Shown piece by piece: positions 41,797 to 51,785 of a stretch of 64,000 nt of DNA. Made by a program: the position numbers and the translations under genes. Position 1 is the stretch's first letter, and the number at the start of each line of letters is the position of its first letter. The stretch lies in assembly GCA_963749495.1 (NCBI GenBank), contig CAVVMW010000004.1, positions 736,001 to 800,000 on the forward strand. Direction: 5' to 3'. Source of the stretch: an uncultured bacterium. Its GTDB lineage: Bacteria; Verrucomicrobiota; Verrucomicrobiia; Limisphaerales; UBA8199. The notes under the pieces were generated by a model. That model did no database searches. It had not been told where the DNA came from and worked only from the letters and a program-made list of their open reading frames with translations.

Positions 41797-43290
41797 TCAG
41801 GCCGCCCGGCGGGCAGCTTCGGCTTTCTCCAATCGCGGCAGCCGCGCTAGCACCCACAGGTTGTGCACCAACACCGTCCAGGTCACGGTCAACTCCCGGT
41901 GTTCAAAGCCTTTGCAGCGCATCCGCCCACCCAGGAAGACATTCTTCACAATGCCGATGCGGCCTTCGGTTTGCGCCCGGCGCCGCTGCATGCGCTTGAA
42001 TTTCCAGGAACGGTTCCGCTGTCGGAGCTGCCCGGGTGAACGGGGACAGATCGCGTTGAAGATCTTTTCTTCGTTCAAACCGAAGCGGTTGAGTTCGCTA
42101 TCGAACCCCCGGTCACCCCCCAGCGCCTTGGGGCCTGGCGCATAGGCTTCTTGCATGCGTCCCACTGTGCGCGGCAACAGGGCGGCGTCGGCCGGAGCAC
42201 TCTCGCGGAACAACTCCCAATCCAGGATCAAGCCTTGGGGATTCTCGGCTAGAAAGAGGGTGTTGCCGAACTCCACTTCGGCCCCGGCTTTTTTGCGCAC
42301 AACGACGTGGACGTCCGCTTCATAGAGGCTGAGGATCTTTTCTTCATTGGGCACGAGTTGGCCCTTCAAGATGCGCTGGCGGGCCTGTTGGCGGGCCTTG
42401 GGCAATTGCTCCAGGACCTGGTCCATGCGCCCGAGCACCTGCTCAGCTTGGGGGCGAGTCCACTGGGTTTGCTCCCAGTGCGTGTCGAGCAACTCCCGGT
42501 AGCGGCGGGCGTGATGGCGGACCGTGCCGACCAGGCGGTCCATTTGCCGGAGGGTTTGTTTGCGTAGGCGCCGGCTCTGCACTTGATCCTGCCGGCGCCA
42601 GGCATGGGTCATTTTAATGCACAGCCCATTGATGCGGCTGATGAAGCTCTCCGGCTCCTCCATGCGGTGCTTGAGCCCCTGGTCGCGGATGAGCCGGACC
42701 GAGCCCATCAAGGTGCGGGTGGCATCGCGCAGCAGCACCCAGTCCACGGGGTAATGGATGTGGGCGCACAGGCAGGTGGAGTCCAGATAGGCGCTTTCCA
42801 AATCCAGCGGCTGGGCCAAGTCCAGTCGCTCCGGCGCCTGGGCACCCTGGACCAGGAGCTTGTGGATCAACTCCCGCACCTCGGCTTCCGGCCACCAGGT
42901 GAAGTAGCGTTGGAGGGTGCTTTTGCTGGGCACGACCACGCGGTCAACCTCGCTGATGCCGCAGAAGTACTGCAAGAGAGGACTGTCGGCGAGGCGGGCG
43001 GCAAAGCGGCGGTAGTGCTCTTTGAGGAGGAGCCGGGCGGTATTGCAGCGCAGGGCGCGCCGGGCGTGGAACTGGTGCTTTTGTTGGGCCTTGGCGCTGA
43101 CGCGCTTTTGGCCGGCCAGCCAGCGTTGGAGGTCCGCCTCGAGCATCTGCGTTTCCAAGGGGCTCTGCACCAGCAGGCCGTCGATGCGCAGGAGTTGGTC
43201 GCGCAAGTCGCGGTAATCAACATTGCCCTCGATGGTGGGCAGGATTTGGGGCAGTGGCAGTTCGAACGGAATGATATTGGCAGCCGGCAT
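41797..43290 (-). CDS. DDE transposase (IS5-like)
   Basis: YLDSTC..AHIHYPVD, KILSLYE, VEFGN, GDRGFDS, RRRAQTEGRIG. Confidence 0.88.
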   Translation of the reverse strand: MPAANIIPFELPLPQILPTIEGNVDYRDLRDQLLRIDGLLVQSPLETQMLEADLQRWLAGQKRVSAKAQQKHQFHARRALRCNTARLLLKEHYRRFAARLADSPLLQYFCGISEVDRVVVPSKSTLQRYFTWWPEAEVRELIHKLLVQGAQAPERLDLAQPLDLESAYLDSTCLCAHIHYPVDWVLLRDATRTLMGSVRLIRDQGLKHRMEEPESFISRINGLCIKMTHAWRRQDQVQSRRLRKQTLRQMDRLVGTVRHHARRYRELLDTHWEQTQWTRPQAEQVLGRMDQVLEQLPKARQQARQRILKGQLVPNEEKILSLYEADVHVVVRKKAGAEVEFGNTLFLAENPQGLILDWELFRESAPADAALLPRTVGRMQEAYAPGPKALGGDRGFDSELNRFGLNEEKIFNAICPRSPGQLRQRNRSWKFKRMQRRRAQTEGRIGIVKNVFLGGRMRCKGFEHRELTVTWTVLVHNLWVLARLPRLEKAEAARRAA

Positions 43291-43341
43291 GAGGCTAGAT
43301 TATACTCTAGCCCACAAAAGGCAAGAACTATTTTGCAAAAA

Positions 43342-43560
43342 ATGCAAGCAACCTATCCATTGAAAATCCAGGAGATGCGTTCCAAGGGAAAACAGCCCCG
43401 ATTTTATGTCAGCTTTCCATTGGCCCTAGCCGCGGCGATTGGTCTGGAAGGCGGTGAACGCGTCCAATGGGAACTGCTGGACCGTGGCGAACTCCATTTG
43501 GTTCGGCCCAACGGGCCCGCGCCCACCACCCGCCGGCGGGCCTCGACAAAGCCATTATAG
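43342..43560 (+). CDS. Small AbrB-like protein carried inside the IS, divergent from the transposase
   Basis: RFYVSFPLALAAAIGLEGGERVQWELLD swapped-hairpin-like pattern. Confidence 0.65.
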   Translation: MQATYPLKIQEMRSKGKQPRFYVSFPLALAAAIGLEGGERVQWELLDRGELHLVRPNGPAPTTRRRASTKPL

Positions 43561-45049
43561 CGGGCCTTTTCAGTGTCGCCGTGCCGATTCCTGCGGGTTT
43601 AAATCAGGCCCGCATCGATCCCAGCCCCGCTCCGCAAGGCCTTCCTCTATTGGGACAGGCTCTATGTATTGGCCTGGAACGCGCCCTGCCAGCTTCCCAC
43701 CAGGCCGCGCTTCCACCACTGCGCCCGGTCGAAAATCCGGCGCAGAGCCGCCGCCAACTCCGGGGTGCCGCGGGGTGTGATCTGGGTGCCGCAGACCGCG
43801 CCCCAACTCGAGAGCACCTGGCACTCTGCGGTGCGCTGCCAATCCTCCAGCCATTCCTGCAATTCGCCGGTCGTCGGACTGACCCGCAGGGGCGGCAGGC
43901 GCGGCAGGGTCTTCTCGATCTCCGCGCGCAGGTCCGCATCCGTGCCGAGAATCCGGGCCGCTTGGGCGCAGTTCTGCAACAGCTCGCGCACCATTTCCAT
44001 GCTCCCGGTTGGCCCGAGGCAGACGCAACCGGTCTCGCCATTGGGTTTGCGAAAGGCATTCTCAAAGTTCGTGTCCGGCCCGGTGACAAGCCAGCCGTGC
44101 GACGGTTCCTCGACCAGGTAATCCAGGTAAAACCGGGCCGCGCCCCGCATCGTCGGCCAGGCGCGGCGCAGGTAATTGGTGTCGCCCGAAAAGGCGTAAT
44201 GCTCCCACAGGTGCTGGCACAGCCACGCGCTGCCCACCTGGAAGATGCTCCAGAGCGCGCTGCCGCTGACCGGGCCTGCCTGCCGCCAGATGTCGGTGTT
44301 GTGGTGGGCAACCCAACCCCGCACGCCGTAAAGGCCCCGGGCGATGTGGGCGCCGTCCACGCTCAGTTGTTCCGTCAGGTCCACCAAGGGCAGGTGGCAT
44401 TCGATCGGTTGTACTTGCCGTTCATGTCGCGCTCGACCAGCCGTTGGGCCTCCTTGTTATTGCCCTCGCGCAGCAACCGGCGGATTTCCGGCAGCGCCTG
44501 CAATCCGCGAGGGTTGAGGTTGTCGTAAGGCTCCCCGGACCAGAGCGTGTCTTCGTTGAGGTCAATGCGCTCGCGCGTTACGCCGCCCCAGACCATGCCG
44601 CCGAGGCGTCCGTTTCCAATCAGAGACGCCTCGGCCCAACGTGCGGCCGGCTGGCGGTGCCAAAGTGTGAGCGGGTCGCCGGGGCCTTCGGTGGCTCCCG
44701 CTACCGTGACGCCCTCAGGTTCGGCCGCCGTGCCCGCAGTGCAGACGCCATTGACAATGAGCAACAGCCATGCTCCGAATAGGCGGGATCCGTATGTGTG
44801 ATTCATCGAGCGTTATTATTGACACGGAGCGGCTGGCGGCAAGCCGTGAATACCGGCAGGCGATGCGATCAGCAATCTCCCAGGCCAACGGCCTGACCCA
44901 TACCAGGGCAAAGGAGCAAAGCGACTGCCGCCCTGGGTGACCGGCCACCAGAGACCGTTCCGAGCGCTGAAAGCGCGATTCAGCCGGGGATCGTGGCTAC
45001 CCGCCCGTCAGCGCTTGCTTCCGGTCCGCCCAAAGGTTAGTTTCCGGGC

Positions 45050-45307
45050 ATGAGTGTGACGTTGGAAATCCCGGCCGAAATTGTTCAATGCGTCCGAGTA
45101 CCGCCCCAGGAGATCGAAGAGCGCTTGCGGTTGGAGATGGCGCTGGCCCTTTACGCGCAGAATTTGCTGTCCTCGGGCAAAGCTTGCGCCCTGGCCCGCT
45201 TGACGCGTTGGGAGTGGGAGGAACTGCTGAGCAAACGCCAAATCCCCCGCCACTATTGCGAGGCCGATTTAACCGAGGACCTGGCCCATGCCCAGAGCTG
45301 TCAGTGA
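45050..45307 (+). CDS. UPF0175-family putative antitoxin
   Basis: LEMALALYAQNLLSSGKACALA.LTRWE..ELL..RQIP.HY. Confidence 0.85.
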   Translation: MSVTLEIPAEIVQCVRVPPQEIEERLRLEMALALYAQNLLSSGKACALARLTRWEWEELLSKRQIPRHYCEADLTEDLAHAQSCQ

Positions 45308-45435
45308 CTCATCCGTCAGCTAAGCAGGCAGGACGTTTGCCGCTGGTGCGTCCGCTGTTAACTCAACTTTCAAACAGTGGCTTTCACCTCGATCCTGCAT
45401 TCGTGGCGCGGATCATCGCGCAAGCCGGCGAATGA
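45288..45435 (+). pseudogene. DUF3368/PIN toxin with a large internal deletion
   Basis: MPRAVSDSS joined out of frame to AKQAGRLPLVRPLLTQL..SGFHL.....ARIIAQAGE. Confidence 0.7.
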
Positions 45436-45708
45436 CCTACTGACTCGTGCCAGCCCCGGGCAAAGGAGCGAAGCGACTCCCACCCTGGGTGGCTGGCCAC
45501 CCAAGACCGTTCCGAGCGCTGAATGCGCGATCCATGGGGCAATGCCTCGGCACGATTGTGATGGGAGAGATCCAGTCCACCGAGCTGAGCACATGCTGCA
45601 CCGCCCGCCTGAACTCAAACGAAAACCACAGCTCGAACAAAGCTCAGCGGAGCTTGCCAAGAGACCCAAAATGCTGTGAGATGTTGGCCGGATTGGGAGC
45701 AGCTTGAA

Positions 45709-45910
45709 TATGCCCGAGGCCTGGTCACGCGAGGAAGTTGAAGCCGCCGTGGCGGACTACTTCGTCATGCTTCGAAAGGAGTTATCTGGGGAGCAGTACA
45801 ACAAGGCCGAACACAACCGCCTATTGCAGAACCTGCTTTCGGGCCGGAGTCATGGCTCGGTCGAGAGGAAACACCAGAACACCAGCGCGGTACTGATTGA
45901 TCTGGGATAG
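45709..45910 (+). pseudogene. N-terminal stub of an HNH/DUF3883-type nuclease gene
   Basis: WSREEVEAAVADYF.ML..EL....YNKAEHNR.L...RS.GSVERKHQN.SAVL, then a stop. Confidence 0.6.
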
Positions 45911-45929
45911 CCGGTGGAATCTAATGGTG

Positions 45930-45989
45930 AACAGGAGGAAACGGAGGAAACGGAGGTCTCCGTTCTCCGTTTGCTCCGTTTCCTCCTGT
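45930..45989. repeat. Nonamer-repeat hairpin, copy 3
   Basis: aacaggaggaaacggaggaaacggag...ctccgtttgctccgtttcctcctgt. Confidence 0.85.
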
Positions 45990-46041
45990 CCAAATTCAGG
46001 AGCGATCAATTATGCTGCCCGGTGTAGTCGGCTTTAGCCGT

Positions 46042-48282
46042 ATGAAACCGCCCAAACTATATTTCTCTCGGAACCTTTGGTTTTCACTGGCAACAGTTTT
46101 TTTCATCGGCGCGCTCGCCGCCGCCGAGGTCGTGCCCCTGGACGGCACCTGGCTTATCGAGGAGGGCGTCGCGCCGGACGCGATGCCGGCGTCGTTCTCA
46201 CATAAAGTCCCGGTGCCGGGGCTGGCGCACGAGGCGCGGCCGGCGTTTCCGGACGTGGACCAATATGAGACGCACGAGTTTGTGTTTACGATGCAGAGCC
46301 ACGGCTTGCTGCAGGGGCCGTGCGAGGGCACCGGCCGCACGCGGCAGACCCGAAATTTCCTCTGGTATGAACGCACGTTTCGCGCGCCGGTCCGCCGCGA
46401 GCACGCCACGCTGGTCGTGAACAAGGCGCAGTTCGGCACGGCTGTATGGCTCAACGGGCAAAAGATTGGCGAGCACTCGGGCTGCTTCACGGCGGGCCGG
46501 TTCGATGTCACCGGCGCGATGAACTGGAGCGGCGACAACCGGCTGGTCATCCGCATCGGCGCGCATCCGGGGGCGATGCCCGACTGGGCATTCTGGGGCA
46601 GCGACGGCGAGAAAGGCCCGTGGACGCCCGGCATTTACGACCACGTCGAGGTGCGGTTCGCCGACAACCCGGTCATCGAGGACGTCCAGGTCGCGCCCCG
46701 CATCGCCAGCAGCGAGATCGTCGTGCAGACGCGGCTGAAGAATTTCGGCGCGGCCCGCGCGGTGGAACTGGCCCAGCAAGTCAGCCCGTGGAAGGGCAAG
46801 CGACCCGCCGGAGCGCCGGAGCGTCGGCAAATCCAACTGGCCGCCGGCGAGGAGAAGACGATCACCCAAACCGTGCCGGTGCCCAACGCGGCGCTCTGGT
46901 CGCCCGACAATCCCTTCCTCTATTTGCTGGAAACGAGCACCGGCGGCGACACGCGCTCGACCCGGTTTGGGATGCGCGAGTTTGGCTTCGACCACGCCAC
47001 GCGGCTGCCGATGCTCAATGGCAAGGTTTGTTACCTGCGCGGCGCCAGCATCACGCTGCACCGGTTCTTCGGCGACCCGCAGAGCGGCGGGCTGCCGTGG
47101 AACGAGGCCTGGGCGAGGAAATTCCTCGCCGATATTCCGCGCCGGATGAACTGGAACGCGTTCCGCATCTGCATCGGCCCCGCGCCGCAACAATGGCTCG
47201 ACATTGCCGACGAAGCCGGGCTGCTCCTTCAATGGGAGTTTCCGATTTGGAGCGACCGTGAGGCGACGCGCACGAAGCAACTGCGCCATCAGTTGTGGAA
47301 GCAGGACGACATCGCCGAACAGGTGCGCGAGTTCATGCGCGACAACTGGAACCATCCCAGCGTCGTCATCTGGGACGCTTCCAACGAGACCCATTGGGAT
47401 TTCCTCCGCAAACTGGTGCCGGCCGTGCGCGGCCTCGATCTCTCCGGCCGGCCGTGGGAGAACGGCTACATGGCGCCGGACGCGCCGGACGATCCCTACG
47501 AGGTTCACCCTTACAAGTTCATCAATCATGCGTTCGGCAATCAGCCGCCGTTTTTCCAGATGAGCGACCTGGAGGACGCGGCCCAACAGGGCCTGCCCGC
47601 CGGCTGCTGGCCGGCCCCGGCGGCGGCGCAGGCCGAGCACGCCGCGCTCATCAACGAATACGACTGGCTCTGGCTGCACCGCAACGGCACGCCGACGCAT
47701 CTCACCCAGAAAGTCTATGACCACCTCCTCGGCCCGAACGCGACGCCGCAGCAGCGGTTTGCGCTCAACGGCTATCTGCTCGGGGGCCTGACGGAGTTTT
47801 GGCGGGCGCAGCGGCGGTACGCCGCCGTGATGTATCTGGCCTACCTCGACGGCGACTTGCCGCACGCCTTCACGTGCGACAACTTCCGCGACGTTGCCGC
47901 GCTGAAACTGGAGCCTCATTTTGAGGACTACATGCGCGAGGCCTTCAAGCCACTCGGCGTCTATCTCGATTTTTGGCAGCCGGCGCTGGCGGCCGGCGCG
48001 AAGCGTTCGTATCGCGTGATGCTCGTCAACGACACGCAAGCGCCGTTGCGAGGCCGGCTGACGCTCGAGTGGCAAGCGGCGCGCGGCGGCAAAGTCGTCT
48101 CACAAACGGAGCAAGCGTTTGAAGTGCCGGCGGCAGGCAGGTCGAATTGCGATTTTGAACTGGCCGCGCCATCTGGCGAGGGTCAGCATCAGTTAACTGC
48201 GAAAGCGTCCTGCGACGGTCAACGATGGAGTCCAACGCTCTCGCGGCGACAGGTGACGATCGGCAAGACCGAGCCAAAATAA
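46042..48282 (+). CDS. Secreted GH2 family glycoside hydrolase
   Basis: VWLNGQKIGEH.G, LWSPDNPFLY, RFGMREF, DEAGLL, NHPSVVIWDASNE. Confidence 0.88.
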   Translation: MKPPKLYFSRNLWFSLATVFFIGALAAAEVVPLDGTWLIEEGVAPDAMPASFSHKVPVPGLAHEARPAFPDVDQYETHEFVFTMQSHGLLQGPCEGTGRTRQTRNFLWYERTFRAPVRREHATLVVNKAQFGTAVWLNGQKIGEHSGCFTAGRFDVTGAMNWSGDNRLVIRIGAHPGAMPDWAFWGSDGEKGPWTPGIYDHVEVRFADNPVIEDVQVAPRIASSEIVVQTRLKNFGAARAVELAQQVSPWKGKRPAGAPERRQIQLAAGEEKTITQTVPVPNAALWSPDNPFLYLLETSTGGDTRSTRFGMREFGFDHATRLPMLNGKVCYLRGASITLHRFFGDPQSGGLPWNEAWARKFLADIPRRMNWNAFRICIGPAPQQWLDIADEAGLLLQWEFPIWSDREATRTKQLRHQLWKQDDIAEQVREFMRDNWNHPSVVIWDASNETHWDFLRKLVPAVRGLDLSGRPWENGYMAPDAPDDPYEVHPYKFINHAFGNQPPFFQMSDLEDAAQQGLPAGCWPAPAAAQAEHAALINEYDWLWLHRNGTPTHLTQKVYDHLLGPNATPQQRFALNGYLLGGLTEFWRAQRRYAAVMYLAYLDGDLPHAFTCDNFRDVAALKLEPHFEDYMREAFKPLGVYLDFWQPALAAGAKRSYRVMLVNDTQAPLRGRLTLEWQAARGGKVVSQTEQAFEVPAAGRSNCDFELAAPSGEGQHQLTAKASCDGQRWSPTLSRRQVTIGKTEPK

Positions 48283-48341
48283 CCGGAGACAAACCACGAA
48301 GAGAATCGCCTCTTCCACGGACACCATCTTAAGAGGTCTTC

Positions 48342-49283
48342 ATGAATGGGTCAGGAAAACAATCCTCTTCTGCACGTTCCGCGCCAAGAAACCAAACCCT
48401 GTTGTCAAGGAGACCGCCGCCAGGTTACGGAGGGCCGCTGGTGTTCGCCCGGTCATTGTCCGGGTGGTATTCTCTCATGGTCGTGCTGGCGGCCTTTGCC
48501 GGGGCCAACCCGGCTGCCGCGCAGCTCAAGATCTACGTCAACACCGATCTAGAGGGCGCCAGCGGGGTTTTCAAGTTCGAGCAGACTCGCGAGCCGGGCA
48601 CGCCACTGAACCGAGAGGCGAGGGAGTATTTCATGGGCGACCTCGCCGCCGTGGTGCGCGGGCTGCGCGACGGCGGGGCAACTGAAATCCTGGTGTATGA
48701 CGGCCACGGCTCGCAGGCGGTCATTCCGCACCTGATGGAGCCTGGGGCGAAATACGCCACGGGCAAGCCCAAACCTGAGATGTGGGGTGTGGACAAGAGC
48801 TACGCGGGCCTGGTATTCCTCGGCTTTCACGCGATGATGGGCACGCCCAACGGCGTCCTCAACCACACGCAGTCCTCGAAAACGGAGAACCGCTATTGGT
48901 ATAACGGGGTTGAATCAGGGGAGCTGGCCCAGGTCGCTGCGATTGCGGGCCATTACGGCGTGCCGCCGATCATGGTGACGGGCGATGAGGCGACTTGCCG
49001 GGAGGCACGACAATTCTTCGGTGAAGGCTGCATCACCGTTGCCGTGAAAAAGGGGATCGGGCGCGAGGCCGCCGTGCTGTATCCCTTTGCCGAGACGCGC
49101 CAGGCGCTCTACGAAGGCGCCAAGCGGGCGGTGGCCGCCATCCCGCGATGCCGGCCCTACCAACTCACGCTGCCGATCAAGGCCAAGAAGCAGTTCCTGG
49201 TCTTTGGCAAAGAGGGCACTGAACCTAAACTGGTGACCAAGGAGGGCGTCATCGAGGATGTCTTGCACCTCCTGGATTTCTAA
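48342..49283 (+). CDS. M55 family D-aminopeptidase (DppA-like); start uncertain
   Basis: KIYVNTDLEGASG, DGHG, GFHAM, LNHT, GVPPIMVTGD. Confidence 0.88.
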   Translation: MNGSGKQSSSARSAPRNQTLLSRRPPPGYGGPLVFARSLSGWYSLMVVLAAFAGANPAAAQLKIYVNTDLEGASGVFKFEQTREPGTPLNREAREYFMGDLAAVVRGLRDGGATEILVYDGHGSQAVIPHLMEPGAKYATGKPKPEMWGVDKSYAGLVFLGFHAMMGTPNGVLNHTQSSKTENRYWYNGVESGELAQVAAIAGHYGVPPIMVTGDEATCREARQFFGEGCITVAVKKGIGREAAVLYPFAETRQALYEGAKRAVAAIPRCRPYQLTLPIKAKKQFLVFGKEGTEPKLVTKEGVIEDVLHLLDF

Positions 49284-49288
49284 GATGT

Positions 49289-49370
49289 GTTCTGGCCGAC
49301 CGGCCTGGCCTTGCCATCGTCGCCCATCGGTCGCCGGAGGTGGACAGCGCGCTCGTCCGGCTGGCCGACC
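49289..49370 (+). repeat. 82-bp dispersed repeat (second copy at 53234-53315)
   Basis: GTTCTGGCCGACCGGCCTGGCCTTGCC...CTCGTCCGGCTGGCCGACC with a few substitutions. Confidence 0.85.
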
Positions 49371-49465
49371 CGCGCCCAGCAGATTGCGCGGAGCTGGGCG
49401 GCGGAAGGCCGCTGCTGCGGCGTCCTGAGCTTGACCAAATCAAAGCGTAGGATAATCTTACGAGT

Positions 49466-49747
49466 GTGACGACGACGATTACAGTGACCACCAAGCGCCA
49501 AGTGGTGTTGCCCAAGGCCATGTGCGAGCGCAAGCGCATACGGCCAGGAACCTCCTTGCGGATCACCGAGGTCGGCGAGGGCTTCTACGTTACGCCAGTG
49601 CCGGAGCCGACCGAAGCCGAGCTGGCAGCAGTATTCAAGACTCTCGACGAAGGACGCCGGATGCGGCCCATCACCGCCGAGGACGAGGCTCAAATCCAGG
49701 ACGAGATCAAGAAATACCGGGCTGAACAGCGGAGGCGCAAAGCGTGA
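49466..49747 (+). CDS. AbrB/MazE-type antitoxin
   Basis: VTTKRQVVLPKA...IRPGT.L; operator-like palindrome CGTAGGATAATCTTACG over the -10. Confidence 0.8.
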   Translation: MTTTITVTTKRQVVLPKAMCERKRIRPGTSLRITEVGEGFYVTPVPEPTEAELAAVFKTLDEGRRMRPITAEDEAQIQDEIKKYRAEQRRRKA

Positions 49748-49806
49748 CAATCGTAGTGGACACGATCGTCATGGTTTCGGCGGCGTTCTGGCCCAAGAGC
49801 GAAGAT
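49744..49806 (+). pseudogene. PIN toxin 5' stub
   Basis: MTIVVDTIVMVSAAFWP (PIN strand 1, VVDT.V.VSA), overlapping the antitoxin stop, then unrelated sequence. Confidence 0.6.
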
Positions 49807-50040
49807 GTAAGTTGGAGTCGTAGGGCTACTGCACGGCTGGAAGCGCCCAGGACGGCCCCGGCGTTGTGGCCGGCCGCCTTTATCTCTGCCGGCCACGAAA
49901 CGCGTCTCGCAGGGCCTCCGGCAGAGTGTGCTGGCCGGATGGGCGAGGGCCGCTTGCTCGTCGTCGGATCTCGTGGAATCCGGTTGCGCGTCGGCCAGCA
50001 TTCCTGCTATCCTCCAGCTATCAGTGCAAAGCGGAAGACC

Positions 50041-51771
50041 ATGAAGACTGGAGCCTCCACTACGACAAGGACCTGCCCGAAGGTCGTGGCTGCATATCTG
50101 CGGAGAGGCCACGCTTGGCGCCTGCTATCACTGCTCGTGGTCTCGGCATTGCCCACCGCGGCTCAGGTCCAATTCGGCTACACAACCACTAACGGCACGG
50201 TCATCATCACGAACTACATCGGCGCTGACCGCGGAGTTACGATCCCCAATACCATCAACGGCCTGCCCGTTGTTGCCATCGGCTACTGTGCATTCCTCAA
50301 TTCTTGCGTGACCAGCGTTACGATCCCTGATAGTGTGACCACCATCGGGATCGGGGCGTTTGACTACTGCGAGTGCCTGACGAACGTGACGCTCCCTAAT
50401 GGCATCACCCACATCGCGGACGCTGAGTTCTGGGCCTGCACTAGCCTGACCAGCATTACGATCCCGAGCGGCGTTTCCAGCATTGACGACAACGCGTTCG
50501 GGAACTGCCTGTCACTGTCCAGGGTCACCATACCCAACAGCGTCAGCAGCATCGGAGCCTGTGCTTTTTACGCCTGCACCCATCTGACAAATGTCGTCAT
50601 CCCCGACAGCGTGACCAGCATCGGGGATGGTGCATTTTGTTTATGCCAAAGCCTCCCCACCGTGACGATCCCCAACAGTGTGACCAACGACGGGACCGCT
50701 CTGTTTGCTCAGTGCAGCAACTTATCCAGCTTCACGGTCCCGGGCGGGGCCACTACCATTGGGGACAACGAGTTTGATCACTGCTCCAGCCTAACCAACA
50801 TCGTTATCCCCAGCGGCATCACGAGGATCGGGACCAATGCGTTCGGTAGCTGCACAAGACTGGTGAGCGTGACAATTCCCGGCAGCGTCGCCAGCATCGG
50901 GGCCGGTGCGTTCGACAACTGCTACACGCTAATCAGCGTCGCACTCTCAAACGGGGTCACGTGGATCGGCAACAATGCGTTCCAAGGCTGCACCAGCCTG
51001 ACCAACATCGCCATTCCCAACGGCGTCACGACAATCGGCAACGGCGCATTCTACGACTGCTACAACCTAAGTAGTGTCACGATTCCCAGTAGCGTTAGCA
51101 GCATCGGGGACCAGGCGTTCTCAGCCTGCACGAGGTTAAGAGCGATCACGGTGGATGCTTTGAACCCGGTCTTTTCCAGCGTAGATGGGGTCTTCTTCGA
51201 CAAGCCGCAGACCACGCTCTTGGTGTATCCAGGCGGCAAAGCCGGGAGTTACGCGATCCCCAGCAGCGCCACAAGCATCGCAGCCTACGGGTTTTTCTGG
51301 TGCGGCAGCCTGACGGGCGTCACCCTCCCGAGCGGTGTTACCAATATCGGGGACTATGCCTTCGCCAACTGCCCCAGCCTGACTGGCATCTATTTCGAGG
51401 GCAATCCTCCCGACGTGGGGCAGCATGTATTCGATTTCGGCGGGAGTTCTGGGTATTCACCGGGCACCGCAGTCGTTTACTACTTGCCTAGCACCACGGG
51501 CTGGGGGCCGACGCTTGGGAGTTGTCGAACCTCGTTGTGGAGGCCGCACGTGCAGACAGGCGATGCCAGCTTCGGTCTTCGGACCAATCAATTCGGGTTC
51601 ACCATTAACTGGGCCGGCGGCATGACCGTCGTCGTGGAAGCCAACACCAATCTCGCCAATCCCGCCTGGATGCCTCTGGCCACGAACACGCTCACCAGCG
51701 GCTCGGCCTATTTCAGCGATCCGCAGTGGACGAATTATCCAGCCCGGTTCTACCGCCTGCGCTGGCCGTGA
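50041..51771 (+). CDS. BspA-type leucine-rich repeat surface protein
   Basis: Many C.SLT.VTIP.SVTSIG..AF repeats; C-terminal YFSDPQWTNYPARFYRL. Confidence 0.92.
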   Translation: MKTGASTTTRTCPKVVAAYLRRGHAWRLLSLLVVSALPTAAQVQFGYTTTNGTVIITNYIGADRGVTIPNTINGLPVVAIGYCAFLNSCVTSVTIPDSVTTIGIGAFDYCECLTNVTLPNGITHIADAEFWACTSLTSITIPSGVSSIDDNAFGNCLSLSRVTIPNSVSSIGACAFYACTHLTNVVIPDSVTSIGDGAFCLCQSLPTVTIPNSVTNDGTALFAQCSNLSSFTVPGGATTIGDNEFDHCSSLTNIVIPSGITRIGTNAFGSCTRLVSVTIPGSVASIGAGAFDNCYTLISVALSNGVTWIGNNAFQGCTSLTNIAIPNGVTTIGNGAFYDCYNLSSVTIPSSVSSIGDQAFSACTRLRAITVDALNPVFSSVDGVFFDKPQTTLLVYPGGKAGSYAIPSSATSIAAYGFFWCGSLTGVTLPSGVTNIGDYAFANCPSLTGIYFEGNPPDVGQHVFDFGGSSGYSPGTAVVYYLPSTTGWGPTLGSCRTSLWRPHVQTGDASFGLRTNQFGFTINWAGGMTVVVEANTNLANPAWMPLATNTLTSGSAYFSDPQWTNYPARFYRLRWP

Positions 51772-51785
51772 GGCACGGGCAGGCA

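Larger units (their letters stand above)
41619..43662 (-). mobile_element. IS5-like insertion sequence, 2044 bp, 6-bp target duplication TATGTA
   Basis: TIR GAGCCTGTCCCAA(A/T)AG; TATGTA at 41613-41618 and 43663-43668; removal restores ANTYARLG. Confidence 0.92.
41243..44806 (-). pseudogene. GH95 alpha-L-fucosidase-like pseudogene (internal deletion near 44405 plus IS insertion)
   Basis: WAEASLIGNGRLG...LNEDTLWSG jumps to ECHLPL..HHNTDIW; QANT|YARLGDG split by the IS; EIDGNLG..GEMLLQSH. Confidence 0.85.
44906..45531 (+). repeat. ~74-bp direct repeats (44906-44979, 45458-45531) flanking a TA cassette
   Basis: GGGCAAAGGAGCRAAGCGACT..CCCTGGGT...AGACCGTTCCGAGCGCTGAA(A/T)GCGCGAT in both copies. 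Confidence 0.85.

Noticed and set aside
48410..48436. CCGCCGCCAGGTTACGGAGGG as another micro-palindromic insertion
   Set aside because: Imperfect, single copy, and no empty-site evidence.
49744..50040. PIN-BspA fusion protein (675-aa ORF)
   Set aside because: The PIN part is only a stub followed by non-coding-like sequence. BspA has its own start and hydrophobic leader at 50041.
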